Both the position numbers and the translations under genes were made by a program. The notes beneath the pieces are model-generated. The model did not search any database, was not told the origin of the DNA, and was given only the letters and a program-made list of their open reading frames with translations. Below, one piece after another: positions 1 to 9,711 of a DNA stretch of 64,000 nt (its first letter is position 1; each line of letters starts with the position of its first letter). The DNA comes from Halarcobacter sp. (GTDB taxonomy: Bacteria > Campylobacterota > Campylobacteria > Campylobacterales > Arcobacteraceae): contig CP182352.1 of the NCBI GenBank assembly GCA_048571215.1, forward strand, positions 128,001 to 192,000, given 5' to 3'.

Positions 1-485
1 TTGAGTTAGTAAATTCTCAAGAGGCAAGTTTAAAAGCAAAAAAACTTTTAGAGTATTTTAGAAAAGAAAAAATGCCTATATTTCATATCCAACATATAAA
101 TATAAGAGAGGGATCAACTTTTTTTTTACCAGATACAAAAGGTATTCAAATACATGAAAATGTAAAACCACTAGAAAATGAAATTATTATAGAAAAAAAT
201 TTCCCAAATAGTTTTTTACAAACCTCTTTAGAAGAGCAGTTAGACAAACAAAATATAAAAGAGTTAGTAATTTGTGGAATGATGAGTCATATGTGTGTAG
301 ACTCAACCACAAGAGCAGCCTTTGATATGGGTTATTCTTGTACACTTGTACATGATGCTTGTACCACAAGAGATTTAGAGTTTCATGGAAAAAAGATAAA
401 AGCTAGTGAGGTTCACAACTCTTTTATGTCAGCACTTGGCAGTGTTTTTGCTAAGCTTGTAAGTATTGATGAGGTTTTAAAATAA
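1..485 (+). CDS. Cysteine hydrolase / isochorismatase family protein (5'-partial)
   Basis: Frame is open from position 3 (ELVNSQEASLKAKKLLEYFRKEKMPIFHIQH); motifs KNFPNSF and GMMSHMCVDSTTRAAFDMGY with the catalytic Cys. Confidence 0.85.
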   Translation, partial: ELVNSQEASLKAKKLLEYFRKEKMPIFHIQHINIREGSTFFLPDTKGIQIHENVKPLENEIIIEKNFPNSFLQTSLEEQLDKQNIKELVICGMMSHMCVDSTTRAAFDMGYSCTLVHDACTTRDLEFHGKKIKASEVHNSFMSALGSVFAKLVSIDEVLK

Positions 486-537
486 TATTAACTTTAAAGC
501 TATTTTTGTAGAATAAGAAAAAAAGATTGGATAGCTT

Positions 538-1464
538 ATGATAAAAAAAATCTCTATACTATTTCCTTTGTGGGCAGTTTTATTTTCTTTGCTTGCATAC
601 TTACAACCAAGTTTAGTTGTGGGGTTTAAATCTTGGATTATTCCACTTTTGATTCTTATTATGTTTTGTATGGGTATTACCCTTAAAGTTGAAGATTTTA
701 AAAGGGTTTTTAAAAGACCAAAAATCATAGCCTTGACTGTGGTATTGCAGTTTTTATTTATGCCTTTTTTTGCTTTTTTAGTATCTAAGTTATTTAATCT
801 ATCTGATGAATTACTTGTTGGTATGGTACTTGTTGGGGCAGTTTCTGGGGGAACTGCTTCAAATGTAATAGCATTTTTAGCAAAAGCTGATGTGGCACTT
901 TCTATTACTATGACTATAGTTTCAACTTTATTATCTATAGTTGTAACTCCATATTTGACACTTTTTTATGTGGGGCAAACAGTACCTGTACCAGCTCTTA
1001 GTATGCTTCTTAGTATTTTGAAAATAGTGTTTGTACCTGTTGTTGTAGGGCTTATATTAAATCAAATTTTTAATAAATATATTGAAAAAAGACATGATAT
1101 TTTTGCTTTGTTGTCTATTATCTCTATTGTATTTATTATAGGAATTATAATTGGACTTAACGAAAGTAAAATCTCTACAATTGCATTATCTTTGATGTTA
1201 GCAATAGTTTGTCATAATCTTTTAGGTTTAGTTGCTGGATACTATTTTGCAAAAATGTTTGGATATGATAAAACAGTATGTAAAACAGTTGCCATAGAAG
1301 TTGGTATGCAAAACTCTGGTTTAGCTGTTGTCTTAGCTATGAAATACTTTTCTGCTTTGAGCGCGCTTCCAGGAGCTATATTTAGTATTTGGCATAATAT
1401 TTCAGGGGCAATTCTTGCAGGTATTTGGTCAAAGCAAGAGGATCTTAGCAATAACTCAAAATAG
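538..1464 (+). CDS. Bile acid:sodium symporter (BASS) family transporter, PanS-like
   Basis: Multi-TM protein; motifs MFCMGITL, GGTASNV, IEVGMQNSGLA, PGAIFSIWHNISG. Confidence 0.85.
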   Translation: MIKKISILFPLWAVLFSLLAYLQPSLVVGFKSWIIPLLILIMFCMGITLKVEDFKRVFKRPKIIALTVVLQFLFMPFFAFLVSKLFNLSDELLVGMVLVGAVSGGTASNVIAFLAKADVALSITMTIVSTLLSIVVTPYLTLFYVGQTVPVPALSMLLSILKIVFVPVVVGLILNQIFNKYIEKRHDIFALLSIISIVFIIGIIIGLNESKISTIALSLMLAIVCHNLLGLVAGYYFAKMFGYDKTVCKTVAIEVGMQNSGLAVVLAMKYFSALSALPGAIFSIWHNISGAILAGIWSKQEDLSNNSK

Positions 1465-1534
1465 CAATATGGGAGTAGTTTTAATTTCTAAATCTTAATA
1501 CAATTCCTACACAAAAGAGTTTGAAAGAGAGCAG

Positions 1535-2380
1535 ATGAGTAAGACCACAAAAGATGATTATATACAAAGTGTATGTAGAGTGATTTTGTACATTGAACAA
1601 AACTATAATAATGAGCTAAGCCTTGATGAATTATCAAAAATTGCCAGCTTTTCTAAGTATCATTTTCACCGTATCTTTAAATCTATTGTGGGTGAGAGTA
1701 TGGGTGAATATATTAGAAGAGTAAGACTTCAAAGCACAACCTTACAGTTTATGACAAATCAAAAAATCACTCAAATAGCAATGAACAGTGGATATGAAAC
1801 CAATGCCTCTTTTTCAAAGGCTTTTAAAAAGCATTTTGGAATAACTCCTAAAGAGTTTGCAAAAAATGCAAAATTAAAAAGAGGAAATAAGATGTTAGAG
1901 CCAAAAATAGTGGAGCTTGAAGATATAGATATTTTATATGTAAGAAGAACAGGTGAGTATCAAAAAGCAGCTCAAGAAGCGTGGGAAGTACTTATGCCCT
2001 TTGCTTATGGACATAAAATAAAAAACAAAAAAAACCTAATGGGTGATAATGCCATGATGTTTGGAATAGGGCATGATAATCCACATGTAACAGAAGTAGA
2101 AAAACTAAGATACGATGCGTGTATCTCATGGGATGATAAAACAGTAAAACCAGAGGGTGAGATTCAAAGTAAAATAATCGATGGTGGAAAATACGCCATG
2201 TTTTTACATAAAGGTGCATATACAGAACTAATTAATACTTATGATGGTGTATCTGATTGGATTGTAGAAAGTGGAGCCCAGTTGAGGGATTTGCCTATAG
2301 TTGAAAAGTATTTGAATAAAAATCCAAGAAGCACTAAACCTGAGAATTTAAGAACAGAGATTTATATCCCTTTGGTTTAG
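1535..2380 (+). CDS. AraC-family regulator with C-terminal GyrI-like effector domain
   Basis: N-terminal AraC HTH (FSKYHFHRIFK...FSKAFKKHFGITP); C-terminal GyrI-like domain (LRYDAC, GGKYAMFLHKGAY, LRTEIYIP). Confidence 0.9.
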   Translation: MSKTTKDDYIQSVCRVILYIEQNYNNELSLDELSKIASFSKYHFHRIFKSIVGESMGEYIRRVRLQSTTLQFMTNQKITQIAMNSGYETNASFSKAFKKHFGITPKEFAKNAKLKRGNKMLEPKIVELEDIDILYVRRTGEYQKAAQEAWEVLMPFAYGHKIKNKKNLMGDNAMMFGIGHDNPHVTEVEKLRYDACISWDDKTVKPEGEIQSKIIDGGKYAMFLHKGAYTELINTYDGVSDWIVESGAQLRDLPIVEKYLNKNPRSTKPENLRTEIYIPLV

Positions 2381-2565
2381 TAAATTAGTCTCATAAAGAC
2401 TTAAATATTTCGTTTCTAGTATACTTAAAAATATCAAACTTGTCGCCAATCTTGACAAGTTTAAAAATCTAAACAGTTAAATGTAAACTTCTTTAGAATT
2501 CTAAATACATTTATATTTATTTTGATAAACTGATTTAATTTTTTTAATTTATACTAGGAAATGAT

Positions 2566-3612
2566 TTGTTTGACCAGCACAAATATAGAAATGAGCTTCT
2601 AAAAAAATATCTTCTTATAGGGTTTGTAACTTCTGTATTATTATCACCACTATACTACGAAATAGGTATAAGCTATATAGCTATTACCTTAAATATTTTT
2701 TCGGTACTAATGGTATATTTATTTATAAATAGTAAGAAAACCAATAGATATATATATAATTCAAGATTTTTTATGATTTCAATAAGTTTTTTATTTATTA
2801 TTGGATTTATAGATGGAAATCAAGAGATTAATAGTATATTTTTTATTTTACTTTATCCCATAGCTTCATTTTCTATACGAGGTCCTAAAGAAGGGATATT
2901 GTGGTCTATTGTGCTACTTAGTATCTTAATATCAATATTTACCATTTTTTCACTTCCTTATAATAAATATTCATTTTTATTTTTTTGTGTAGCTTATTTG
3001 ATGGTATCTTATCTTCTTTATTTTTATAGGTATTATGAAATTATGAGGTTTAAGAGTATAAATGAAGAGTTGGAGAATATTGTAAAAGAGCGAACCAAAG
3101 AACTTGAAATATCAAATAAAAAACTTGAAAAATTAGCTTCTACAGATGTTTTAACTAAACTTCTCAACCGTGGAAAACTTAACGATTCTTTGGAAAGTGA
3201 AATTAATAGAGCAAATAGGTTTAAACATATATTTGGAGTGATTATAATGGATATTGATTATTTTAAATCTACCAATGATACATATGGGCATAATGTAGGA
3301 GATAAAATACTTGAAGAGTTTGCAACTATACTAAAAAGAAAAACAAGAGTAACTGATATAGTTGGACGTTGGGGTGGAGAAGAGTTTGTAATTATTTGTC
3401 CTCAAACGGATATAAAAGGTATAAAAAAACTTGCAGAAGAGTTAAGATATACAATTGAAAATAATAGTTTTTCTATTGTAGGTCAAAAAACAGCAAGTTT
3501 TGGTATTACTCTTTATTGTGAAGGTGACACTATAAAAAGTTTAATATCAAGGGCAGATAAGGCTTTATATAGAGCAAAAGAAGAGGGGAGAAATAAAGTA
3601 GTAGTATTTTAA
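2566..3612 (+). CDS. Membrane-bound diguanylate cyclase
   Basis: N-terminal TM helices; DIDYFKSTNDTYGHNVGD and RWGGEEF; TTG start 6 nt after AGGA. Confidence 0.9.
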   Translation: MFDQHKYRNELLKKYLLIGFVTSVLLSPLYYEIGISYIAITLNIFSVLMVYLFINSKKTNRYIYNSRFFMISISFLFIIGFIDGNQEINSIFFILLYPIASFSIRGPKEGILWSIVLLSILISIFTIFSLPYNKYSFLFFCVAYLMVSYLLYFYRYYEIMRFKSINEELENIVKERTKELEISNKKLEKLASTDVLTKLLNRGKLNDSLESEINRANRFKHIFGVIIMDIDYFKSTNDTYGHNVGDKILEEFATILKRKTRVTDIVGRWGGEEFVIICPQTDIKGIKKLAEELRYTIENNSFSIVGQKTASFGITLYCEGDTIKSLISRADKALYRAKEEGRNKVVVF

Positions 3613-3632
3613 TATTATTTTAACTTTTAAGA

Positions 3633-4265
3633 TTATAAATTCATCTTCTCCAACATCTCTTTTCCTTTTTGTGTTAAAAAAGGGTAAATCATAAATTCAA
3701 AGAAAATCTCTTTTGCTTCTTTTATAGATTCTTTTGAAACTTCTCCTGAAGATGAGGCAAACACTTGCCAATAGGAAGTGACAAACCAATGTAGTTTTGC
3801 TCTTTTTTTTAAACTTTGATCAGCTTGATATTTAAGAATATTTTCCTTTATCAAAAACTCTAAAAGCTTTTCTATTTGAATTATTCTTTTATCTTGATTT
3901 ATTGAAAAAGCTTGTTTAAAACTTGGATATAGTGCCATCAAAACCATAGAATCTCTTAGTAAAAAACGGTATTCATAAAACATCTCACCATAATTTTCAA
4001 AATTTTCATGAAGAGTTTGTATGGGATTCTTACTCATAAGTAAAGATTCAAAACTGTTTAGACTTTCGAATCTATTTGAAAGATTCTTATATAAGTAGAG
4101 GATAATCTCTTCTTTGTTTTTAAAATGATAATAAAGATTTCCAGGTGAAATACCAGCTTCTTTTGCTATATGATTGGTTGTTACACTTAGAGTTTCTTGT
4201 TCATTGAAAAGTTTTTTTGCACTGTTTGTGATTTTTGTTTTTGTATCGATTTTAATTTTTTTCAT
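3633..4265 (-). CDS. TetR/AcrR family transcriptional regulator
   Basis: HTH TTNHIAKEAGISPGNLYYHFKNKEEI. Confidence 0.9.
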   Translation of the reverse strand: MKKIKIDTKTKITNSAKKLFNEQETLSVTTNHIAKEAGISPGNLYYHFKNKEEIILYLYKNLSNRFESLNSFESLLMSKNPIQTLHENFENYGEMFYEYRFLLRDSMVLMALYPSFKQAFSINQDKRIIQIEKLLEFLIKENILKYQADQSLKKRAKLHWFVTSYWQVFASSSGEVSKESIKEAKEIFFEFMIYPFLTQKGKEMLEKMNL

Positions 4266-4297
4266 ATATTATTTTATCATAATAGAGCTTTTAATCT

Positions 4298-4325
4298 AAA
4301 TTTTAGAGTAATTACTCTAAAATTT
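4298..4325. promoter_or_regulatory. Perfect 28-bp palindrome, probable TetR operator
   Basis: AAATTTTAGAGTAATTACTCTAAAATTT between divergent tetR and DinB-like genes; a degenerate copy TAGAGCTTTTAATCTA lies at 4283-4298. Confidence 0.7.
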
Positions 4326-4346
4326 TAAATATACAAAGGAGTTACT

Positions 4347-4910
4347 ATGAGTTTAGGCGTTGCTGGAGCTGGATTACCCCAGTTTGAAAGATTGTTTATA
4401 AAAAGAGTTTTAGTCCCTTCTGTTAGGATTGTATGCACTTGGAATATAGCATTGTTTATGATTAAACGAGAAGTTAAGATAATAGAAGAGTTAATCGAGA
4501 ATTTCGACAAAGATACTTTACAAAAAAGGGTTGTGATAAAAAGAGCTTTTGCTATTGAAGATCATAGTAGGGATTATTCTATAAATATGACTTTGGAGCA
4601 TTTAAGAATAGCAGGTACTGCAGTTATGGCTGTAATTGAAACCCTTTCAAATGAAAAAGAGTTTCCCAAAGATATTACAATAGAGGCTGTAAAACCAAAA
4701 GATAATGGGAAAGATGAAGCTAAAAAGTTTTTTGATTTTATGAAAACATATGAAGAGTATATAAAAAATCATAAAAAAAACTATTCCAAAAAAACAAAAA
4801 AACACCCTTGGTTTGTAAACTTCAATAATTTTGATTGGGCATGTTTTATGTATATGCACACTTTTATCCATAGACGACAAGTTCAAGCTATTATAAAGGA
4901 GCTAAGATGA
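4347..4910 (+). CDS. DinB/YfiT-like protein
   Basis: SD AAGGAG; LEHL and MHTFIHRRQ His pattern typical of the DinB superfamily. Confidence 0.6.
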   Translation: MSLGVAGAGLPQFERLFIKRVLVPSVRIVCTWNIALFMIKREVKIIEELIENFDKDTLQKRVVIKRAFAIEDHSRDYSINMTLEHLRIAGTAVMAVIETLSNEKEFPKDITIEAVKPKDNGKDEAKKFFDFMKTYEEYIKNHKKNYSKKTKKHPWFVNFNNFDWACFMYMHTFIHRRQVQAIIKELR

Positions 4911-5110
4911 GTAATCACACAGGTACATTGTTACGAATCATCGGTATATTTATTGGATTGATTAGTTTTTGGTTTATAATAAGTTTAGTATTTACCCTAT
5001 TAATTGTTTTGATTACTAATATTCAATTTAATATTTCAAATGCTTTATATGTTTTTGCAATCTTACTTTTTATCAGGGTTTTTTATCCAAGATATATATT
5101 TAAAACTTAG
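4907..5110 (+). CDS. Small two-TM membrane protein
   Basis: ATGA overlap with the upstream stop; SD AAGGAG; hydrophobic 67 aa. Confidence 0.6.
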   Translation: MSNHTGTLLRIIGIFIGLISFWFIISLVFTLLIVLITNIQFNISNALYVFAILLFIRVFYPRYIFKT

Positions 5111-5213
5111 ATTAGTATTTTTCTTTTTATATGAAATTTAAGATAATAAAAATTTATAGAATTATTATATTAAATTAAGAGTATAATAAGGTATCTAATT
5201 TAAGGAGGACGTT

Positions 5214-5849
5214 ATGAAAAATATAGCAAAAGTTAGTCCTATATTTTTTGGTTTAGTATGTTTACTTTCAACAGGTGTTTTTGCACAAGATTTACCTCCA
5301 AGAGGTCCTATGTCTTTTTCAATGTATGATACCAATAGTGATGGTTTTGTTAGTGAAGAAGAGTTTTATTCTTTGCGAGCAAAACGGATGGAGAAAAAAG
5401 CTACTGCTGGAATGCCAATGAAAAATGCAGGAAATGCACCTACTTTTGAAGAGTTCGATATAAACAAAGATGGAAAGATAAGTGAAATTGAACTTCTAAA
5501 AGGACAAAATGCCCAAATGATGAAAAATAAAGGCAATATGAAAAACAAAGGAAATATGGGAAACAAAGGAAATATGGGAAACAAAGGAAATATGGGAAAC
5601 AAAGGAAACAAAGGGATGATGCAAAGAGCAAATATGCCTGTCTTTGAAGATTTTGATTTAAATGGTGATGGTGGTATTACAAAACAAGAGATGATGGATA
5701 CCAGAGCAAAACGAATGGAACAAAAAGCTGCACAAGGTAAGATGATGAAAAATGCAGGAAACCAATCAGATTTTTCAGATATTGATACAAATGGTGATGG
5801 AAAAGTTGATAAAAATGAGTTCATCTCTAATCAAATGAAAAAACGATAA
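5214..5849 (+). CDS. Secreted EF-hand protein, Met-rich
   Basis: SD AAGGAGG; signal peptide ending VFA; four EF-hand-like loops DTNSDGFVSEEE, DINKDGKISEIE, DLNGDGGITKQE, DTNGDGKVDKNE. Confidence 0.85.
   Translation: MKNIAKVSPIFFGLVCLLSTGVFAQDLPPRGPMSFSMYDTNSDGFVSEEEFYSLRAKRMEKKATAGMPMKNAGNAPTFEEFDINKDGKISEIELLKGQNAQMMKNKGNMKNKGNMGNKGNMGNKGNMGNKGNKGMMQRANMPVFEDFDLNGDGGITKQEMMDTRAKRMEQKAAQGKMMKNAGNQSDFSDIDTNGDGKVDKNEFISNQMKKR
5525..5614 (+). repeat. Intragenic 18-bp tandem repeat encoding (NKGNMG)n
   Basis: AAACAAAGGAAATATGGG exact three times at 5543-5596, a degenerate unit at 5525-5542, and two half units AAACAAAGG at 5597-5614. Confidence 0.9.
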
Positions 5850-5856
5850 ATCTTAT

Positions 5857-5890
5857 AGAAGGTGTCTTAAAGACATCTTCTGTTTTTATT
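5857..5890 (+). terminator. Rho-independent terminator
   Basis: AGAAGGTGTCT-TAA-AGACATCTTCT hairpin followed by GTTTTT, right after the EF-hand gene. Confidence 0.75.
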
Positions 5891-5914
5891 AGTCATTAAA
5901 TAATTCCTTTTTAC

Positions 5915-5947
5915 TATTAATATTGATAATTGTTTTCAATATTAATA
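5915..5947. promoter_or_regulatory. Inverted repeat containing a Fur-box-like site
   Basis: TATTAATATTGA-N9-TCAATATTAATA with core TGATAAT-T-GTTTTCA (Fur 7-1-7 consensus TGATAAT-N-ATTATCA). Confidence 0.55.
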
Positions 5948-6002
5948 AAAAATTAATCTTTAATATATTAATATTCTTTCCAAATATATGGAAAGGATAT
6001 AT

Positions 6003-9000
6003 ATGGGAAATAAAATTAAAGGAATAGTTGTTATATTTGTAACAATTTTTTTATTATCAGCTTGTGGGAGTGGTGGTAGTACAAAAAGTGGAATTCTAAT
6101 AGATGGAATAGTTTCAGGTATCAAATATATAAATGGCACTAAAACGGGATTTACAGACGAAGATGGAAAGTTTCCATACTCAGGTGGTGTTGTAGAGTTT
6201 TATCTTGGAAATATAAAAATTGGACAAATAGACTCTCTTTCATCAGACAATAAAGTTTTTATTCAAGATATAGTTGGTCTTGATAGAACAAATATAAGTG
6301 ATGAAAAAGTTCTTAAAATAGCTACTTTATTACAATCTTTAGATTCAAATAACAATACAGATAAAATTGAAATCACGCAAGAGATATTTGATAAGTTTAA
6401 TGACAATAATAAACTAATTGATGATATTGATATAGATGAACTATTAAGAGAAAAAAATATTGAAAAAGTCTCAGAAGAGAATGTAAAAAGACATATAAAC
6501 AATGTACTGAAAGAACACGGTATTAAAAAGGATTCAGAAGACAATTCAAAAGCTATAAAAGTTTCAAATATTTTTACAAAAAGAGGTCTAAACTCTTCTA
6601 TTACAATAACTTTTAATCAAGATATTAAGAGATTTGAAAATCAAGAGATTTTTCAATTGAAAGATGAAAGTTCACAAAATGTATCTTTTGATTTAGTTTA
6701 TAAGTTTAATAAAATAGATTTAATACTCAATAAAGAGCTAAGTTAATATGAAAACTATAAATTAAATATTGATATCTCAAAACTAAGAGGCTATGGAATA
6801 GAAGGTTTAGAAGATGACAATATAGAGTTGACTTTTGGGAAAAATGGAAGTGTTCAAACTATTGCAGATTTGGTTCCTCCTGTTATAGAACTTGATGGGG
6901 ATTATAAAAAAGAGATTTCTACAAATAAAACCCTTGCAAATTTTTCAGGGAAAGTGATTGATAATACAGAATTTGAAAAAATTGTTTTAAGCATAAATGG
7001 CAAAAATTTAGAGTTTAATGATATTATAGAAGATTTTGATTTGGATGTATCATTAAAAGCTGGTAATAATAAATATGAACTTATTGCTTATGATGGATCT
7101 GGAAACAAAACATCACTTACTGGTAATATCTATTTAGGTGATACTGTTGCAGCTGGAAACTCACACTCAGGTGCACTTTATAATGAAGAGTTATATACTT
7201 GGGGTAGAAACAATTATGCTCAAACAGGTTTGGGTTATACATCTAGTTTAAGTGATAGTTCGGAAACTGAACCACATCCTATCTCTCCTATAAAAATAGC
7301 AACACCAAGTAAGTTTGTTGCCATATCTTTTAATCAAAATTTTTCATTAGCAATTGATGAAAATGGAGACTTATATAGTTGGGGTTCAGATAAAGCTGGA
7401 GAACTAGGTAGAGGTGATGATTTAAAAGATAGTTGTAGTAAAGATAGCGATTGTAGAAAAAGTATAAAAAAAGTTGACAATTTAAATAACATCATCTCTG
7501 TTTCTGCTGGTTATAGTCACTCTTTAGCGATTAAAGATGATGGTACAGTATGGGGCTTTGGTAGTAACAAAGATGGAGAATTGGGAACAGGAACTACAAG
7601 TACTTATGTTTCTACTGCTGTAAAGGTTGTGTTTAATGATATAAATACAAATATTGTACAAGTAAGTGCAGGGTCTGATTTTTCTATAGCCTTAGATGAC
7701 ATGGGACAAGTATGGGCTTGGGGTAAAAATAATTATGGACAGATGGGACAAGGTTCTGAGTTTGGAACTGCTGACCAACTTACTCCAATAAAAGTGCCGA
7801 TTCCAAATAATGAAAAAATCATTTCAATTGCAACTGGAAAAGGACATATATTAGTTTTAAGTGAAAGTGGAAATCTCTATGGATGGGGATTAAATGCAAG
7901 TAGTCAAATTGGATATTATGGATACCAATATAAAGATACTGAAAATGCTTGGGATAGAAATATACAAGCTGTAAAACTTATATTAGAAAATGATGAAACA
8001 AATCCGATAATAGAAGTTTATGCAGGTGGAAATTCAAGTTATATTTTAAGAAAAGATAAAAAAATATATCCTTGGGGACAATATGGTGAAACAACAGATG
8101 AGGGTAAACAAGAATACAATAACTTAGATTATCCAGAAGATAAATTGACAGCTATAAAATCTGTAAAAGATATAGCCGCAGGAGCACTTCATGTGGCAGC
8201 TGTTCAAGAAAATAATACTATCTTTACTTGGAGATGGAGTTATGAAGGTTCTCTTGGTGGTGGAGAGGCTACAACAAATATTTGGTTTTATAATTATCCT
8301 ATTAAACCTATATTTGAAGATGATTCAGGTGATTCTGAAACAGATGAACCTTCTGGAAATGATGGTGAAGATTCAAAGTGGAGTTCACCTGGGGGAAATG
8401 CAACAGTTAGTTATGATGCTTTAGAACCTTTTATGAAAATTTCAAAGAGTATTTCAGAAGATGAAATTACAGGTGTTTCTCAAGGTAGAGAACTTTTTAT
8501 AGCCCAATGGCAAGTGGCACCAGGACCAAGAGAGACCTTAGATGGTCTTGGTCCGTTGTTTAATGCAAACTCGTGTACATCATGTCATATATCAAATGGT
8601 AGAGTTGCTCCATATAATGATGATGGTAGTACAGATAAATCTTTTTTATTTCGTGTAGGAAATGAAAATGGAGATACTCACCCAATATTTGGTGGACAAT
8701 TACAAACACAAGCAACAAAAGGTGAAGCAGAAAGTAGTATCACTTGGACTAAAAATTCAGATAATAAAATAGAGTTTATAACTTCTGCTGATTTAAGTTC
8801 GGATGGTTTTAATATAGGTGGTAGAATATCTCCACACCTATTAGGAACAGGACTTTTAAATTTAGTATCCCAAGAAACTATTTTAGAGTATGAAGATATC
8901 AATGATTCAAATGCAGATGGAATATCTGGAAGGGCTCACTGGGTTATAGAAGAGGGTCAAAGAAAAATTGGTAGATTTGGTTGGAAAGCAATAAATTCTA

Positions 9001-9605
9001 GTTTAAGAACACAAAATGCAGGAGCTTTACATCAAGATATGGGATTAACAAGTTCTGTAAATCCACAAGAGAATTGTACAAGCAATCAAACTATTTGCCA
9101 AGAAGAAGAGAATGGAGGAAGCCCCGAAGTTACAGAAACCTCACTTCAAGCAATTGTAGATTTTATGAGTGCCTTAGGTGTACCAGAAAGAAGAATTGAT
9201 AATCAACAAAGATTTGAAGAGGGAGCTTTAGTATTTGAAACAATTGGTTGTACTTCTTGCCATAGACCAACAATGACAACCTCTTCTAGTAGTAAATTTA
9301 GTAGTCTAAGTAATCAAAAAATCTATCCATATACAGACCTATTATTACACGATATGGGTGAAGGATTGAGTGATGGTGTAAAAGAGAAAGATGCAAGTGG
9401 AAGTGAGTGGAGAACACCACCTCTATGGGGAATTGGAATAGTTGAAGCAAAACAAAATTCAAGATTTCTACACGATGGTAGAGCTTCAAGTATAAAAGAA
9501 GCAATTGAACTTCATGGAGGGGAAGCTCAAAAAGCAAGGGATTCTTTTAGTCAATTGAATTTGGAAGAACAAGAGAAACTTTTAGAGTTTTTACGAGCAA
9601 TTTAA
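6003..9605 (+). pseudogene. Lipoprotein with Ig-like, RCC1-repeat and di-haem oxidoreductase (DHOR) domains, interrupted by an in-frame TAA at 6744-6746
   Basis: ORFs 5988..6746 and 6828..9605 share a frame and 6747-6827 has no stop (YENYKLNIDISKLRGYGIEGLEDDNIE). Lipobox LSAC; RCC1 repeats such as SAGYSHSLAIKDDGTVWGFGSNKDGELG; two CTSCH haem motifs plus YTDLLLHDMG, WRTPPLWGIG, FLHDGRA. Confidence 0.75.
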
Positions 9606-9614
9606 TATATCTAG

Positions 9615-9652
9615 TAATAGCCCTTTAACTTAGAAAAGTTAAGAGGCTATTA
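9615..9652 (+). terminator. Hairpin after the DHOR-fusion gene
   Basis: TAATAGCCCTTTAACTT-AGAA-AAGTTAAGAGGCTATTA, near-perfect 17-bp stem. Confidence 0.55.
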
Positions 9653-9696
9653 TAAGTACCACAATACTTTTTTCATACACCCCTTAATTCAAACTA

Positions 9697-9705
9697 TGCT
9701 AAAAT
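9697..9705 (+). promoter_or_regulatory. Extended -10 promoter of recQ
   Basis: TGCTAAAAT matches TGnTA(T/A)AAT and lies 6 nt before the ATG. Confidence 0.55.
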
Positions 9706-9711
9706 CCCCCA

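Noticed and set aside
1446..1469. TAGCAATA direct repeat upstream of the AraC-GyrI gene
   Set aside because: Only 8 bp, partly within a CDS, and expected by chance in AT-rich DNA.
5525..5614. Tandem repeat as a CRISPR array
   Set aside because: No spacers, it is in frame within a CDS, and there are no cas genes in the window.
5366..5824. Antisense ORFs with striking repeats (FPLFPI, CFPYFL)
   Set aside because: They are shadows of the 18-bp repeat in the EF-hand gene on the opposite strand.
6744..6746. Programmed recoding (selenocysteine/pyrrolysine) at the internal stop
   Set aside because: The codon is TAA, not TGA or TAG, and I see no downstream recoding hairpin.
6828..9605. 925-aa ORF as an independent gene
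   Set aside because: No clear SD or signal peptide, and the frame is continuous with the upstream lipoprotein across one stop.
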